A stretch of 62,848 nt of DNA, counting the filler. It is 4 parts of 4 records of this genome, joined end to end, with 100 filler letters (N's around TTAATTAATTAA, not from the genome) between each part and the next. Parts side by side here need not be neighbours in the genome. Positions count along the whole stretch, not along the records: positions 1 to 27,484 come from DRR723986_3292; 3 more parts are not named here. One strand, written 5' to 3'. The notes beneath the pieces were generated by a model. It worked only from the letters and a program-made list of their open reading frames with translations. It was not told where the DNA came from and did no database searches. Position 1 is the first letter of the stretch; every line of letters begins with the position of its first letter. Position numbers and translations under genes: made by a program. This document shows, piece after piece, positions 10,777 through 20,721 of the stretch.

Positions 10777-11760
10777 TTACGGTTTTTCGGCAAGAAGGAC
10801 GGCCCGCTTGGGCGCAGGGTGGCCCTCGGCGGTTAGCTGAGGGTTGTCGGGGTCCAAAAATTCCGCCAGGGAGTGAAAGCGCATCCACTCTGTGCGTCGC
10901 TGCTCGTCCGTGGTGGTCTGTGCAACATCAACTACCCGGATATTTTTGAATCCGGCTTTACTGAGCCAGCTTTCTAGCGTGGCCGTGCTGGGCAGGAACC
11001 AGACGTTGCCCATCTTGCTGTAGCGGCCTTCGGGAACCAGGCATTCGCCGAGTTGGCCGTCGATGATTAGGGTTTCCAGCACGAGCTCTCCACCGCTGAC
11101 CAGTGCTTCTCGCAATTGTATTAGGTGGTCGAAGGGGGAGCGACGATGATACAAAATCCCCATTGAGAATACGGTGTCGAAGGCCGCCAATTTTTCCGGC
11201 AGGGCCTCAATGCCCATCGGCAGCACCGCGACTGATGGGTCTTGCAAATAGTGTTGCAGGGCAAAGTATTGCACGACAAACAGGGGCGTGGGGTCGATGC
11301 CGACGACCAGCTCTGCGCCGGCGCCGCGCATTCGCCAGCAGTGGTAGCCGCTGCCGCAGCCCACGTCTAAAACGGTTCGTCCGGCGAGGGGGGCAATATG
11401 GTCTTTGAGGCGCTCCCACTTCCAGTCGCTGCGCCACTCTGTATCGATATGCACGCCAAAAAGCTCAAAGGGCCCTTTTCGCCAGGGGTGCAAGCCCATC
11501 AGGGCCTCGCGCAACTGCTCGCTTTGTTGCGGGGTGATGTCGCCGCGCGCGCCCACACGCGAGGTGTTCATATCAATGGTGCGCGAGGTGAGCTCGGGGA
11601 GTGCGCTCAGTGCTTGCTGCCAGCGGGGCAGGTCACCGTAGCGTTTGGGGTTGAGGCCCGCGTCAATTTGGTCGTGTAGTTGGTTTGCCCAGGCGGCGAG
11701 GTTTTCGTTGCCCGCAAGCTTACTGAGGAAGGCCTGGTAGTTCATCCGCGGGTGGCTCAT
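10777..11760 (-). CDS. cmoB: tRNA U34 carboxymethyltransferase CmoB
   Basis: PWRKGPF, IDTEWRSDWKW, LDVGCGSGYH and SMGILYHRRSP motifs. Confidence 0.96.
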   Translation of the reverse strand: MSHPRMNYQAFLSKLAGNENLAAWANQLHDQIDAGLNPKRYGDLPRWQQALSALPELTSRTIDMNTSRVGARGDITPQQSEQLREALMGLHPWRKGPFELFGVHIDTEWRSDWKWERLKDHIAPLAGRTVLDVGCGSGYHCWRMRGAGAELVVGIDPTPLFVVQYFALQHYLQDPSVAVLPMGIEALPEKLAAFDTVFSMGILYHRRSPFDHLIQLREALVSGGELVLETLIIDGQLGECLVPEGRYSKMGNVWFLPSTATLESWLSKAGFKNIRVVDVAQTTTDEQRRTEWMRFHSLAEFLDPDNPQLTAEGHPAPKRAVLLAEKP

Positions 11761-12479
11761 TTTACGGCAACCATCGAGGCAAAATTAAAACACTGGAACC
11801 AGACGTCCACACTGGTGAGGCCACAGTTTTTTAGGCGGTTTTGGTGTTGGCTCAGCGTCTCGGGAATAAGAACGTTCTCCAGTGCGCTGCGTTTCTGTGC
11901 GATTTCCATTTCGCTATAACCGTTGGCGCGCTTGAAGGCGTGGTGAAGGTCGGTGTTCAGCTCCTGCAGGTGGGGGTCGGCAAAACGGATCTTCTCTGAC
12001 AGGATCAATACGCCGCCGGGGCGCATGGCGTCGCTGATACGCTGACACAAGGCATTGCGCTCAGCCTCAGGGACAAACTGCAGTGTAAAATTGAGTACGA
12101 CAACCGACGCATTGCGTATCTCTGTTTCCTGAATGGATTCGCAGCGCAGGTGGATGTCGGTATTGGACTGCTGACAGTATTCACGGCAGCGCTCGATCAT
12201 TGCAGCCGAGTTATCAACACCGATCAGCTGGATATTGCGCCCCTGAGTTTCCCGCGCCATGGCGAGCGAGCTGGCGCCGAGTGAACAGCCGAGGTCGTAG
12301 CAGTTGCTCTCTGGCTGAGCATAGCGACCGGCCATTACGCCGGTCATGGCAATTATCGTCGCGTAGCCCGGGACCGATCGTTGAATCATATCCGGGAAGA
12401 CCTCGACAACTTGCTCGTCGAAGGCGAAGCGCTGCAAGGCTTTGTGAGGCCTTGCGTAAATGGTGTCTGATTTGCTCAT
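11757..12479 (-). CDS. cmoA: Carboxy-SAM synthase CmoA
   Basis: FDEQVVEVFPDMIQRSVPGY, YDLGCSLGA and WFQCFNF motifs; 4-nt overlap with cmoB. Confidence 0.96.
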   Translation of the reverse strand: MSKSDTIYARPHKALQRFAFDEQVVEVFPDMIQRSVPGYATIIAMTGVMAGRYAQPESNCYDLGCSLGASSLAMARETQGRNIQLIGVDNSAAMIERCREYCQQSNTDIHLRCESIQETEIRNASVVVLNFTLQFVPEAERNALCQRISDAMRPGGVLILSEKIRFADPHLQELNTDLHHAFKRANGYSEMEIAQKRSALENVLIPETLSQHQNRLKNCGLTSVDVWFQCFNFASMVAVK

Positions 12480-12548
12480 GGGCGGGCGCTGAATAAAGAT
12501 GGCGATTTTAGCACAGTGCCGGTGAATTGCTCAGCGCTGCCACGCCTG

Positions 12549-13130
12549 TTAGTAGCTCCAGCGTGCGCCAAATTCGTAGGAGCTTAGATCAAGCTTGTCG
12601 TAGTCCCTCACGCGAAAGGAGAAGCCGATATCCGGACGAGGGTGGTACAGCGTTTCGAAGATAAAGGTGGTGTCGTCATCAACCACAACATTGTGTTCCC
12701 CGGCTTCCAACGTAAGGCGCCAGCGTGCATTGATATCATGGCGTACACCCACTTTATATTCCCAGCCGCGTTGATTGGGGCGGCGGCTCTGGGAGTCCAT
12801 CTCGTGGCGGTCGGCACCGATCAGCACAGAGGTGCTGTTGTTAAGATAGTAGTGAGCGCCAATGCCGTAGGTCCACCACCCATCTTGAATAACGCCCCGC
12901 GGCATATAGGTATCACCATCGTTGTAGCGGGCGTGTACGTGGAAATAGTCAAACGCCTCGGCGCTGGCGAGGAAGGTGAAGTTCTCCTCTTCTTCGTAAG
13001 GCCCCCAATCGGTGCTTTGGTAAGCGAAGGCGGCTTCAAGGTAGGAGTAATGGCGGGGCTCAGCCTGAGCAGCCGACGAAAGTAATACAATTGAGCACAG
13101 CAGGGTGTACAGGATATGCGGTCGTAGCAT
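12549..13130 (-). CDS. Putative small outer-membrane beta-barrel protein
   Basis: Signal peptide ending AQA, alternating aromatic-rich strands, C-terminal ...FGARWSY. Confidence 0.65.
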   Translation of the reverse strand: MLRPHILYTLLCSIVLLSSAAQAEPRHYSYLEAAFAYQSTDWGPYEEEENFTFLASAEAFDYFHVHARYNDGDTYMPRGVIQDGWWTYGIGAHYYLNNSTSVLIGADRHEMDSQSRRPNQRGWEYKVGVRHDINARWRLTLEAGEHNVVVDDDTTFIFETLYHPRPDIGFSFRVRDYDKLDLSSYEFGARWSY

Positions 13131-13179
13131 GGGGTGTTCCCAGAAGGTCCAATGGATATTGGCTGGGAAGTGTACCAGC

Positions 13180-13206
13180 TTGCCGAGGCATTGTTAGCCC
13201 CGGCAA
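13180..13206. terminator. Imperfect hairpin, possible terminator
   Basis: TTGCCGAGGC-N7-GCCCCGGCAA just downstream of the Ig-like gene. Confidence 0.4.
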
Positions 13207-13234
13207 GTGGTTTTAGCTGTCGTCTGGAAACCGC

Positions 13235-14911
13235 TTATGGTGGTGTGACGGTCTGATTCACACTGGCAAATGCGCGGGAGATGACGCCTTTAGGCGTGGT
13301 GACTTCCACGCTGAACGTTCCTTGCCCGGCTTTGCTGCCCTGTTTAATGCGAAACGCGAATACCGCGGGCCCCTGAGCGTTCGTGGACAACATGGTCTCC
13401 TGCGCTGGGCCGCTAATCGTGCCTTGGTCGGTTTCTACCTTGATGGTGGTGCCAGCCGGAGGCACTTGGCCATTGATGTCGGCAATGCTTACCACCACGG
13501 TTGCCGTACCGCCGTCTAAGTTAACGCTGGCTGGGCTGAGGTTAACGTTGAAACTTGAGCCGGAGAGAACGATAACAATGCTTTCGCGCAGGGTTACCCG
13601 TTCCGAGTTTGTATCGCAGTTGCTGGGGCCTTTGCACAGCAGGCCATTGTACTTGCCATTGGCACCGTCATAGTCGCCTTCGTTGTCCTGGTCGACATAG
13701 GGCTCGGTGTTGGCGTCAAACACTCCGTCTTCGTCTTCATCCAAAAAGGCTTCAGGTAAGTCAGTAAAGGTTTCAGCGTCGTCGTATTGGCCGTTGGACG
13801 GGTTGGCGTCGACAAAGCTTTCCTCGCCAACCGCGGTTGCCAAAATAGTAACGCGGCCATCAGCGGGGCGTGGCTGCTGAGATGTGAGCTCCACTGAGCA
13901 GGCGCCGCCGGTAGTGGTGCAGCTGGGCTGAACAGAAGCACCTTCAGCGCGGAAGGTGATTGCCGTGTCGTCGGGCACGGGGTTGTTAAAGCGGTCAGCG
14001 GCGCGGATGGTTAGCGTAGTTGTTGTGCCATCGTAGGCCAGGCCTTCGATATTCAGAATGGAGGCGCTTAGCGAAAAGCTGTTTTGATCCGGGATGCCCG
14101 TGGTAACAGCTAGTGCTGATGACTGCGCGGTGCTCTCAATGCTGCCTTGAGTTGCCTTGGCGCTAACGCTAACGGTGGTGGCAATGGTGCCCGCCGTTAC
14201 CGTTGTAGAGGCAATACCGTTGGCGTCGGTAATATCCTGAGTCGTGCTCAAGCCAATGCCGCCGGTAGTATTATTCAGGGTGAAGTCGACAGTTTGATTC
14301 TGCACCGGCCCGCCACTGGAGTTGGTGACCTTGAATGACACCACCGACTGCTCGGGAATGGCGCCTGAGCCCTTAATGCCGATAATCTGGGGCGAGGCAG
14401 AGACGAAGCCGATAGAACCCAGCGGTGCGGGGGTTGCGGTAAGTTGTACCGACGCGGTGTAGGAATTTCCGCCAATACTGGTCTGCGCAGTAATCACGTC
14501 GTTGCCGTCACAGCCTCGGCTGGTGTAAGTGGTGGTAATGGTGCCGGTGGTATTGGCGATATTGTTATCGCTGAGCTCTGATAAGCTCGATGCAATACAG
14601 GGAGAGCTAAACAGAACGCTCGCTGCCTCTGTCACCAAGTTCCCATTTTGGTCGATAATCGACACACTAAGCGCCGCGCTTTGGCCCGCTTCCAGGCTGC
14701 TGCGGTTAGTGGAGATTGTTCCTGCGCTGAAGCTTCCACCTGATAATGCACCAAAACGGTACTCAGTGGTGCCAGTGGTTTGGCCCGAACCGCCTGTTCC
14801 TGATGAGCCGCCACCGGGGGTCAGGCTGGGGCCGCCATCACTGCCGCCTCCGCAAGCTGCTAAGATCGCCGCCGTCGATGCCAGCAGGCTGGCGCGGAAC
14901 AAGAACTTCAT
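13235..14911 (-). CDS. Lipoprotein with bacterial Ig-like (invasin/intimin Big-type) domains and Asp-rich Ca-binding-like motifs
   Basis: Lipobox LAAC followed by a Gly/Ser linker; Thr/Ser-rich beta repeats (TDANGIASTTV, DRFNNPVPDDT); DANPSNGQYD, DEDEDGVFD and DQDNEGDYD motifs. Confidence 0.75.
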   Translation of the reverse strand: MKFLFRASLLASTAAILAACGGGSDGGPSLTPGGGSSGTGGSGQTTGTTEYRFGALSGGSFSAGTISTNRSSLEAGQSAALSVSIIDQNGNLVTEAASVLFSSPCIASSLSELSDNNIANTTGTITTTYTSRGCDGNDVITAQTSIGGNSYTASVQLTATPAPLGSIGFVSASPQIIGIKGSGAIPEQSVVSFKVTNSSGGPVQNQTVDFTLNNTTGGIGLSTTQDITDANGIASTTVTAGTIATTVSVSAKATQGSIESTAQSSALAVTTGIPDQNSFSLSASILNIEGLAYDGTTTTLTIRAADRFNNPVPDDTAITFRAEGASVQPSCTTTGGACSVELTSQQPRPADGRVTILATAVGEESFVDANPSNGQYDDAETFTDLPEAFLDEDEDGVFDANTEPYVDQDNEGDYDGANGKYNGLLCKGPSNCDTNSERVTLRESIVIVLSGSSFNVNLSPASVNLDGGTATVVVSIADINGQVPPAGTTIKVETDQGTISGPAQETMLSTNAQGPAVFAFRIKQGSKAGQGTFSVEVTTPKGVISRAFASVNQTVTPP

Positions 14912-15344
14912 AACCTCTTCCTCTGTTCTTTATTATCGAGTGCTGTTTATAGGTGAAGTATCACTGCTGCACTGCTTAGGTAACTGTATGTCGTTGATTA
15001 GCTTATCGCAGTAAGTCCACAACAATAAAAGCATATTAGCTTATTTCCTAGCACGTATGGGAAAGTTGTGAACAGCATAGAGTTTTTGCCATCCCGACCC
15101 TATATGGGCTTATACGGTATCAGTGGTGAGCGCGAAATAGAGGGGCTACCCGTATCGGAAGTTGGCGGCTCAGCTTTTAACAAGGTAACAAGCTTGATAC
15201 ACGAAAATAGGCTAAGGCCTGTTTTGCCCCTTCGGGCGGCGTTGTCGTCTGAAATGCCGCGCATTGATTTAATGCAGCGCATTTCATCGAACCGGGGCGG
15301 CGTTTCTCACCCGTCCGGCAGCTTGGGCGCATTTATTGGAGACG

Positions 15345-15372
15345 AAAAAAACCACCGCTTGGGTGGTTTTTT
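15345..15372 (-). terminator. Rho-independent terminator downstream of tRNA-Met
   Basis: AAAAAAACCACC-GCTTG-GGTGGTTTTTT. Confidence 0.85.
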
Positions 15373-15379
15373 AGAATAA

Positions 15380-15456
15380 TGGTAGCAAGGGGCGGATTCG
15401 AACCGCCGACCCCAACATTATGAGTGTTGTGCTCTAACCAACTGAGCTACCTTGCC
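15380..15456 (-). tRNA. tRNA-Met (CAT), elongator-type
   Basis: Reverse complement GGCAAGGTAGCTCAGTTGGTTAGAGCACAACACTCATAATGTTGGGGTCGGCGGTTCGAATCCGCCCCTTGCTACCA; cloverleaf with encoded CCA. Confidence 0.93.
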
Positions 15457-15526
15457 ACTGTTCTCTGTCGAGAAGGCGCGCATTTTCCTGACTTATGCGG
15501 GCCTTGTCAAGCGCGAGTGAGGGGGC

Positions 15527-16618
15527 TTAGACGTTAAACCGGAAATGCACGACGTCGCCGTCCTTGACGATGTAGTCTTTGCCTTCCAGGCGCCACTTGC
15601 CAGCGTCTTTGCTGCCCTGTTCGCCTTTGTAGTTGGTGTAGTCGTCGTAGGCGATGACTTCGGCTCGAATAAAGCCTTTTTCGAAGTCGGTGTGAATCTT
15701 ACCGGCTGCCTGTGGGGCCGTGGCGCCAACCGGGATGGTCCAGGCGCGGACTTCTTTTACGCCAGCGGTAAAGTAGGTTTGCAGGCCTAGCAGCTCATAG
15801 CCAGCGCGAATCACGCGGTCGAGGCCGGCTTCGTCCATGCCGAGCTCTTCGAGGAATTCGCCTTTCTCATCGTCGTCCAGTTCGGCAATTTCTGATTCCA
15901 GTTTATTGCAGATGGGAACGACGATAGCGCCTTCCTCTTCAGCAATACGCCGCACGGTGTCGAGGTGGGGGTTGTTTTCAAAGCCGTCCTCGTTGACGTT
16001 GGCGATATACATTGTTGGTTTGGTGGTAAGCAGGTGCAGGCTGCCCATGCGGGCGCGCTCGGTGTCGTCCAGCTCAAGTGAGCGAAGCGGTTTGCCTTCG
16101 TCCAGGTGGCTCTGGAGTTTTTCCAGCAGGTTCTTGGCGGCAATCGCGTCTTTATCGCCACTTTTGGCAGGGCGAACGACTTTCTGTAGTTGCTTCTCAA
16201 CGGCGTCCAGGTCGGCCAGTGCGAGCTCGGTGTTAATCACGTCGATGTCTGCAGCGGGGTCGACCTTGTTGGCCACGTGGATAACATTGTCGTTGTCGAA
16301 GCAGCGAACCACGTGGGCAATGGCATCGGTCTCGCGGATATTGGCGAGGAATTTATTGCCCAGGCCCTCACCCTTTGAGGCGCCGGCAACCAGCCCGGCG
16401 ATATCGACAAATTCCATCGTCGCGGGAAGCACGCGCTCTGGCGAAACAATCTCTGCCAAAACGTTTAGGCGTGGATCGGGAACGCCGACAATGCCGGAGT
16501 TGGGCTCAATGGTGCAGAACGGAAAGTTCTCTGCGTCGATGCCAGCTTTGGTCAGGGCGTTGAACAGTGTTGATTTGCCCACATTAGGCAAGCCGACGAT
16601 ACCGCAATTGAAACCCAT
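15527..16618 (-). CDS. ychF: Ribosome-binding ATPase YchF
   Basis: [38 protein letters not shown] and [13 protein letters not shown] motifs. Confidence 0.98.
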   Translation of the reverse strand: MGFNCGIVGLPNVGKSTLFNALTKAGIDAENFPFCTIEPNSGIVGVPDPRLNVLAEIVSPERVLPATMEFVDIAGLVAGASKGEGLGNKFLANIRETDAIAHVVRCFDNDNVIHVANKVDPAADIDVINTELALADLDAVEKQLQKVVRPAKSGDKDAIAAKNLLEKLQSHLDEGKPLRSLELDDTERARMGSLHLLTTKPTMYIANVNEDGFENNPHLDTVRRIAEEEGAIVVPICNKLESEIAELDDDEKGEFLEELGMDEAGLDRVIRAGYELLGLQTYFTAGVKEVRAWTIPVGATAPQAAGKIHTDFEKGFIRAEVIAYDDYTNYKGEQGSKDAGKWRLEGKDYIVKDGDVVHFRFNV

Positions 16619-16622
16619 GATG

Positions 16623-17210
16623 TTATCCCTGTTTGTAGCTGTGGAGTTGATTCATCGCTTTTGCCCAGTCGCCTTGAATGGCGGGGGCTAAACTGCGTAA
16701 TGCCTCATCTATGCAGTGATCGATAGCGATTCGCTCATCGGATGAGGGTTTGCCCAGTACGTAGCCGGTCACTTTGTCGGCGCTGCCGGGGTGGCCGATG
16801 CCGATACGCAGGCGGTGGAAATTCTTGTTGTTGCCGAGTTTGCTAATCGTGTCACGCAGGCCGTTGTGGCCGCCGTGACCGCCGCCCGATTTAAAGCGTG
16901 CGCTGCCAGGAGGCAGATCGAGTTCATCGTGAGCGATGAGAATTTCTTCGGGGGTGATTTTGAAGAACCCGGCCATGGTGGCGATAGCCTGACCGCTGCG
17001 GTTCATAAAGGTGCTGGGGATGAGCAGGCGAATGTCCTGTCCATCGATAAAACAACGGCCGGTGTCGCCAAAAAAGCGAGCTTCGGCCGCAAGTGAGCAG
17101 CCCTGTTGTCGGGCCAGTTCAGTAACGAACCAGGCGCCCGCATTGTGACGAGTTGGCTGATATTGCTGGCCGGGGTTGGCCAGCCCAACAATCAGTTTGA
17201 TCCGGGTCAC
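16623..17210 (-). CDS. pth: Peptidyl-tRNA hydrolase
   Basis: [20 protein letters not shown] and GGHNGL motifs. Confidence 0.97.
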   Translation of the reverse strand: MTRIKLIVGLANPGQQYQPTRHNAGAWFVTELARQQGCSLAAEARFFGDTGRCFIDGQDIRLLIPSTFMNRSGQAIATMAGFFKITPEEILIAHDELDLPPGSARFKSGGGHGGHNGLRDTISKLGNNKNFHRLRIGIGHPGSADKVTGYVLGKPSSDERIAIDHCIDEALRSLAPAIQGDWAKAMNQLHSYKQG

Positions 17211-17233
17211 GTGGGCGCCTGCTCAGAGCGAGA

Positions 17234-17881
17234 TTAAGACTCTTCGCTGCTTTCGTCTTCAGCGCCTTCTGCAGCATCTTCATCGTCAGAAGCGCCACCG
17301 CGAGGAGCCTGCACAACGGCAACAGCTGAGTCGTGATCTTCACCCAGTGCCAGAGCGGTGCTTTCAACACCTGCAGGCAGGGTCAGGTCAGAAATGTGAA
17401 CGGTCTCGCCCACTTCTTTGTCTTTCATGTCGACTTCGATGAATTCAGGCAGGTCTTTAGGCAGACACTGAACTTCAATTTCAGTCATTGCATGAGTGAT
17501 CGAGCCACCCTGCATTTTCACGCCGTGGCAGGCTTCTTCGTTGATGAAGTGCAGTGGTACTTGCAGCGTGATTTTGGTGTCCGCGCTTACGCGCAGAAAA
17601 TCGGCGTGCAGAATCTGCGCCTTGGCAGGGTGACGGTGCAGGTCTTTAATAACCACAGACTCTTTGTTGCCGTCGATGTCCATGGTCAGAACCGAGCTGA
17701 AAAATGCCTCGTCTTCCAGGAACCAGAGCAGGTCTTTGTGGGCGATGCTGATCATTTGCGGGGCTTTGTCGCCACCGTAGATGATTGCGGGAACTTCGGC
17801 GGCCAAACGACGTAGGCGGCGGCTCGCACCTTTCCCTACATCAGTACGCGCCTTGGCGTTTACAGTAAATTCGCTGGACAT
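17234..17881 (-). CDS. rplY: 50S ribosomal protein L25/Ctc
   Basis: GKGASRRLR, PAIIYG and HADF motifs; Ctc C-terminal domain; prs-rplY-pth synteny. Confidence 0.97.
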   Translation of the reverse strand: MSSEFTVNAKARTDVGKGASRRLRRLAAEVPAIIYGGDKAPQMISIAHKDLLWFLEDEAFFSSVLTMDIDGNKESVVIKDLHRHPAKAQILHADFLRVSADTKITLQVPLHFINEEACHGVKMQGGSITHAMTEIEVQCLPKDLPEFIEVDMKDKEVGETVHISDLTLPAGVESTALALGEDHDSAVAVVQAPRGGASDDEDAAEGAEDESSEES

Positions 17882-17906
17882 AAATGTCTCCTCATAAAAA
17901 GCGAAA

Positions 17907-17935
17907 ACCGCCGAACTTGCGACCAGTTCGGCGGT
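17907..17935 (-). promoter_or_regulatory. Hairpin in the rplY 5' UTR (candidate L25 ribosomal-protein leader or prs terminator)
   Basis: Minus strand ACCGCCGAACT-GGTCGCA-AGTTCGGCGGT followed by TTT; GGUCGC loop resembles gammaproteobacterial L25 leaders. Confidence 0.55.
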
Positions 17936-17964
17936 GAAAGTCAGAAAGCGTTATGTTGCGCGGT

Positions 17965-18915
17965 TTAGCGGAACAGGGCGCTGATTGACTCCTCGTTGCT
18001 GACCCGTCGGATTGACTCGGCCAGTAAGTTTGCCAGGGTTAACTGGCGAATTTTTGGGCAGTTGGCAGCGGCATCTGACAATGGAATTGTGTCAGTAACC
18101 ACAAGCTCATCTAGCTCAGAGCCGCTGATGTTGTCAACGGCGGGCCCGGATAATACAGGATGTGTGCAGTATGCGACAACTTTTGCTGCGCCTTGGGCCT
18201 TCAGGGCCGCCGCGGCTTTGCACAGTGTGCCAGCGGTATCGACCATGTCGTCGACCAGCAGGCAGGTTTTGCCTTCCACCTCACCGATCAGGTGCATTAC
18301 CTGGGCGACACCGGCTTTGGGGCGGCGCTTGTCAATGATGGCAAGGTCGGCGTCGTTCAGTTGCTTGGCAACCGCGCGTGCGCGCACTACACCGCCGATA
18401 TCCGGGGACACGACGATTTGATCGGGGTAGTTTTGGCGATTGATATCGTCAAGCAGGATCGGCGAGCCATAGACGTTGTCGACGGGAACGTCGAAGAAGC
18501 CCTGAATCTGTTCGGCGTGAAGGTCGACGGTCAGTACGCGATTAATGCCAACGCCGCTGAGGATGTCTGCAACGACTTTCGCTGAAATGGGTACGCGCTG
18601 TGAGCGTACGCGGCGATCCTGACGGGCATACCCGAAATAGGGCACTACCGCTGTGATGCGCCCGGCTGAGGCGCGACGCATGGCATCTGCCATCACAACC
18701 AACTCCATTAGGTTGTCGTTGGTCGGCGCACAAGTCGGCTGCAGGAGGAATACATCTGCACCGCGAACATTTTCATTAATTTCGACAAAGACTTCGCCGT
18801 CGCTGAATTTGCTTACCGTCGCATCGCCCAGGGGCAGTCGGAGGTGTTCGGCAACTTTGCGAGCCAAGTCTGGGTTGGCGTTGCCAGTGAAGACCATCAT
18901 GTTGTGCACGGTCAA
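17965..18915 (-). CDS. prs: Ribose-phosphate pyrophosphokinase
   Basis: [26 protein letters not shown] and [10 protein letters not shown] motifs. Confidence 0.98.
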   Translation of the reverse strand: MTVHNMMVFTGNANPDLARKVAEHLRLPLGDATVSKFSDGEVFVEINENVRGADVFLLQPTCAPTNDNLMELVVMADAMRRASAGRITAVVPYFGYARQDRRVRSQRVPISAKVVADILSGVGINRVLTVDLHAEQIQGFFDVPVDNVYGSPILLDDINRQNYPDQIVVSPDIGGVVRARAVAKQLNDADLAIIDKRRPKAGVAQVMHLIGEVEGKTCLLVDDMVDTAGTLCKAAAALKAQGAAKVVAYCTHPVLSGPAVDNISGSELDELVVTDTIPLSDAAANCPKIRQLTLANLLAESIRRVSNEESISALFR

Positions 18916-19025
18916 TGTCCTGTGAGGCTGAAGGTTGATTCGCGGTGTGACGGTTCGAGCTAAAAGTGCAGCGCTTCATGTTGCTCACAACTGAAACAGT
19001 GCGCCGAAACCGTAAACCATAAACA

Positions 19026-19052
19026 AGATTCCCGCCATTAAGGCGGGAATCT
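19026..19052 (-). terminator. Hairpin downstream of tRNA-Gln and the RtT-like repeat
   Basis: AGATTCCCGCC-ATTAA-GGCGGGAATCT perfect 11-bp stem. Confidence 0.75.
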
Positions 19053-19058
19053 ATAAAA

Positions 19059-19229
19059 TGGCTGGGGTGGTAGGATTGGCTGCGGCCTTATCAGCCTTAG
19101 GCTTTCAGCCATCGCGTTGCGATGCCTAAGTGCAAGCACTTATCGAACCTTGGTTCGAACCTACCGGATCAGGCGATGTACGGCCTGTTCCCCTTCAGAG
19201 GGCCGACTACTTTCGGCGCTCTAGTAATA
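19059..19229 (-). ncRNA. RtT-like tRNA-linked repeat (duplicated tRNA 3' end with a structured insert)
   Basis: 19059-19077 is identical to the tRNA-Gln 3' end at 19230-19248; TTCGAACCTAC resumes at 19154; internal hairpins. Confidence 0.6.
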
Positions 19230-19304
19230 TGGCTGGGGTGGTAGGATTCGAACCTACGAATGCTGAGATCAAAACCCAGTGCCTTGCCGCTTGGCGACAC
19301 CCCA
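19230..19304 (-). tRNA. tRNA-Gln (TTG)
   Basis: Reverse complement TGGGGTGTCGCCAAGCGGCAAGGCACTGGGTTTTGATCTCAGCATTCGTAGGTTCGAATCCTACCACCCCAGCCA; canonical ispE-tRNA-Gln-prs position. Confidence 0.96.
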
Positions 19305-19312
19305 GTAAATCG

Positions 19313-20155
19313 TTACACCGTGGACAGCGTTTTGTGCAGTGGCGAAAGATTAACACCCCTCGCAACAAAGCCCGATGTTGATGCAGGCTTTTGTGCCAAA
19401 ACTGCTTCCGCAGCGCTCTTGCTGTCGAAGCTAGCGAACACACAGGAACCGGTGCCGGTTAACTTCGCTGGAGCAAATTGATCTAGCCAATTCAAGGCTT
19501 TATCAACATCCGGATACAGTTTTCGCACCAAATTTTGGCAGCTGTTTCCGGTGGCCCCCTCAAGAAAGGCCGCTATTTTGATGGGAGAGGCATTGCGTGT
19601 CAATTGTTCGTGGCAAAAAATTTCTGCAGTGCTCACTTCGCAGTCAGGTCGCAGCACTAAATACCAGTATCCGGGGGTGTCCAACGGGCGTAATTTTTCA
19701 CCGATGCCCTCGGCCCAGGCGGTGTGTCCGTGGATGAATACCGGAACGTCGGCGCCGAGGCTCAGGCCTAACTCAGCCAGCTCGTCCAGGCCCAGGCCCA
19801 ACTGCCAGATGTGATTGAGCCCCAGCAGGGTGGATGCGGCATCAGAGCTGCCGCCGCCAATGCCGCCGCCCATCGGGAGGCGCTTGTCTAAACCGATATT
19901 GGCGCCGAGTGGGCGCTGCACATGCTCTCGCAACAGGCGCGCTGCGCGGAGGATCAGGTTGTTGTCGTCACTCACGCCGGCCAGTGGGGTAAGAAAGCGC
20001 AGTTCGTCATCGGCGCGCCCTTGCAGGTGAAGGGTGTCGCCGTAGTCCAGAAGTTGGAACAGCGTTTGTAATTCATGATAGCCGTCGTCGCGCTGGCCGG
20101 TAATGTGCAGAAATAGATTGATTTTGGCCGGGCAAGGCAGACTGAGAGTGTTCAT
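19313..20155 (-). CDS. ispE: 4-diphosphocytidyl-2-C-methyl-D-erythritol kinase
   Basis: [29 protein letters not shown] and GADVP motifs; ATGA overlap with lolB. Confidence 0.96.
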   Translation of the reverse strand: MNTLSLPCPAKINLFLHITGQRDDGYHELQTLFQLLDYGDTLHLQGRADDELRFLTPLAGVSDDNNLILRAARLLREHVQRPLGANIGLDKRLPMGGGIGGGSSDAASTLLGLNHIWQLGLGLDELAELGLSLGADVPVFIHGHTAWAEGIGEKLRPLDTPGYWYLVLRPDCEVSTAEIFCHEQLTRNASPIKIAAFLEGATGNSCQNLVRKLYPDVDKALNWLDQFAPAKLTGTGSCVFASFDSKSAAEAVLAQKPASTSGFVARGVNLSPLHKTLSTV

Positions 20156-20721
20156 TGTGCGCATTCCTGTTTGCCATTGCGCCATGATTTAACGATCAGT
20201 TTTAGCCGGGTATCGCCGCGTTGCGCTTCAATCAATTGGGGCAGGGCGTCGGTGCTGTCGTGTTGATAGCGGGCAAATTGAATCTGCCAGTCAAATTGCT
20301 CCAGCGAGCTGAGTTGCCCGGTTGCCGAAAGTTGCGCCGCCAGTGGCGCGTTGGGCGCGGCGCGCCCACGCAGCCAGTAGCGCAAAGCAGAAACGGGAAC
20401 GGGCCAGCCGATATCGGCGGCAAGCGCTTCGGCGCTGGCGGCTCGGCGAACGTCGCCTTTATAAGTGAGCTGGGCGCCTGAGGGGTCGCTGATGATTTCG
20501 GCGCCGCCGACACCTACCGGGCCGGTCAGGCGTATTTTGGCGTAATGGTCGCCGCATTGTAGCCAGGTGATTTGGCTGCTCTCTTGCTGGCTGCCTTGCC
20601 ACAGGCCAATCCGGCCTTGCATATGCCAGTGCTGCTCTCCGGGGGTGGCCGGGGGGAGGTTGCTACAGGCTGTGAGCACGGCCGCAGCGACAATACTGAT
20701 CAGGCGAATGTGTCTATTCAT
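20152..20721 (-). CDS. lolB: Outer-membrane lipoprotein LolB
   Basis: Lipobox [23 protein letters not shown]; synteny upstream of ispE. Confidence 0.88.
   Translation of the reverse strand: MNRHIRLISIVAAAVLTACSNLPPATPGEQHWHMQGRIGLWQGSQQESSQITWLQCGDHYAKIRLTGPVGVGGAEIISDPSGAQLTYKGDVRRAASAEALAADIGWPVPVSALRYWLRGRAAPNAPLAAQLSATGQLSSLEQFDWQIQFARYQHDSTDALPQLIEAQRGDTRLKLIVKSWRNGKQECAQ

Noticed and set aside
15068-15379. 103-aa ORF in the intergenic region
   Set aside because: No recognisable motif, and it overlaps the tRNA terminator and the likely promoter region
12549-15456. Integrative island at tRNA-Met
   Set aside because: No integrase seen and no duplicated tRNA-Met 3' end noticed
19059-19248. 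Second tRNA-Gln gene or prophage attL/attR
   Set aside because: The copy lacks D and anticodon arms; the repeats are only 171 nt apart with no integrase or cargo
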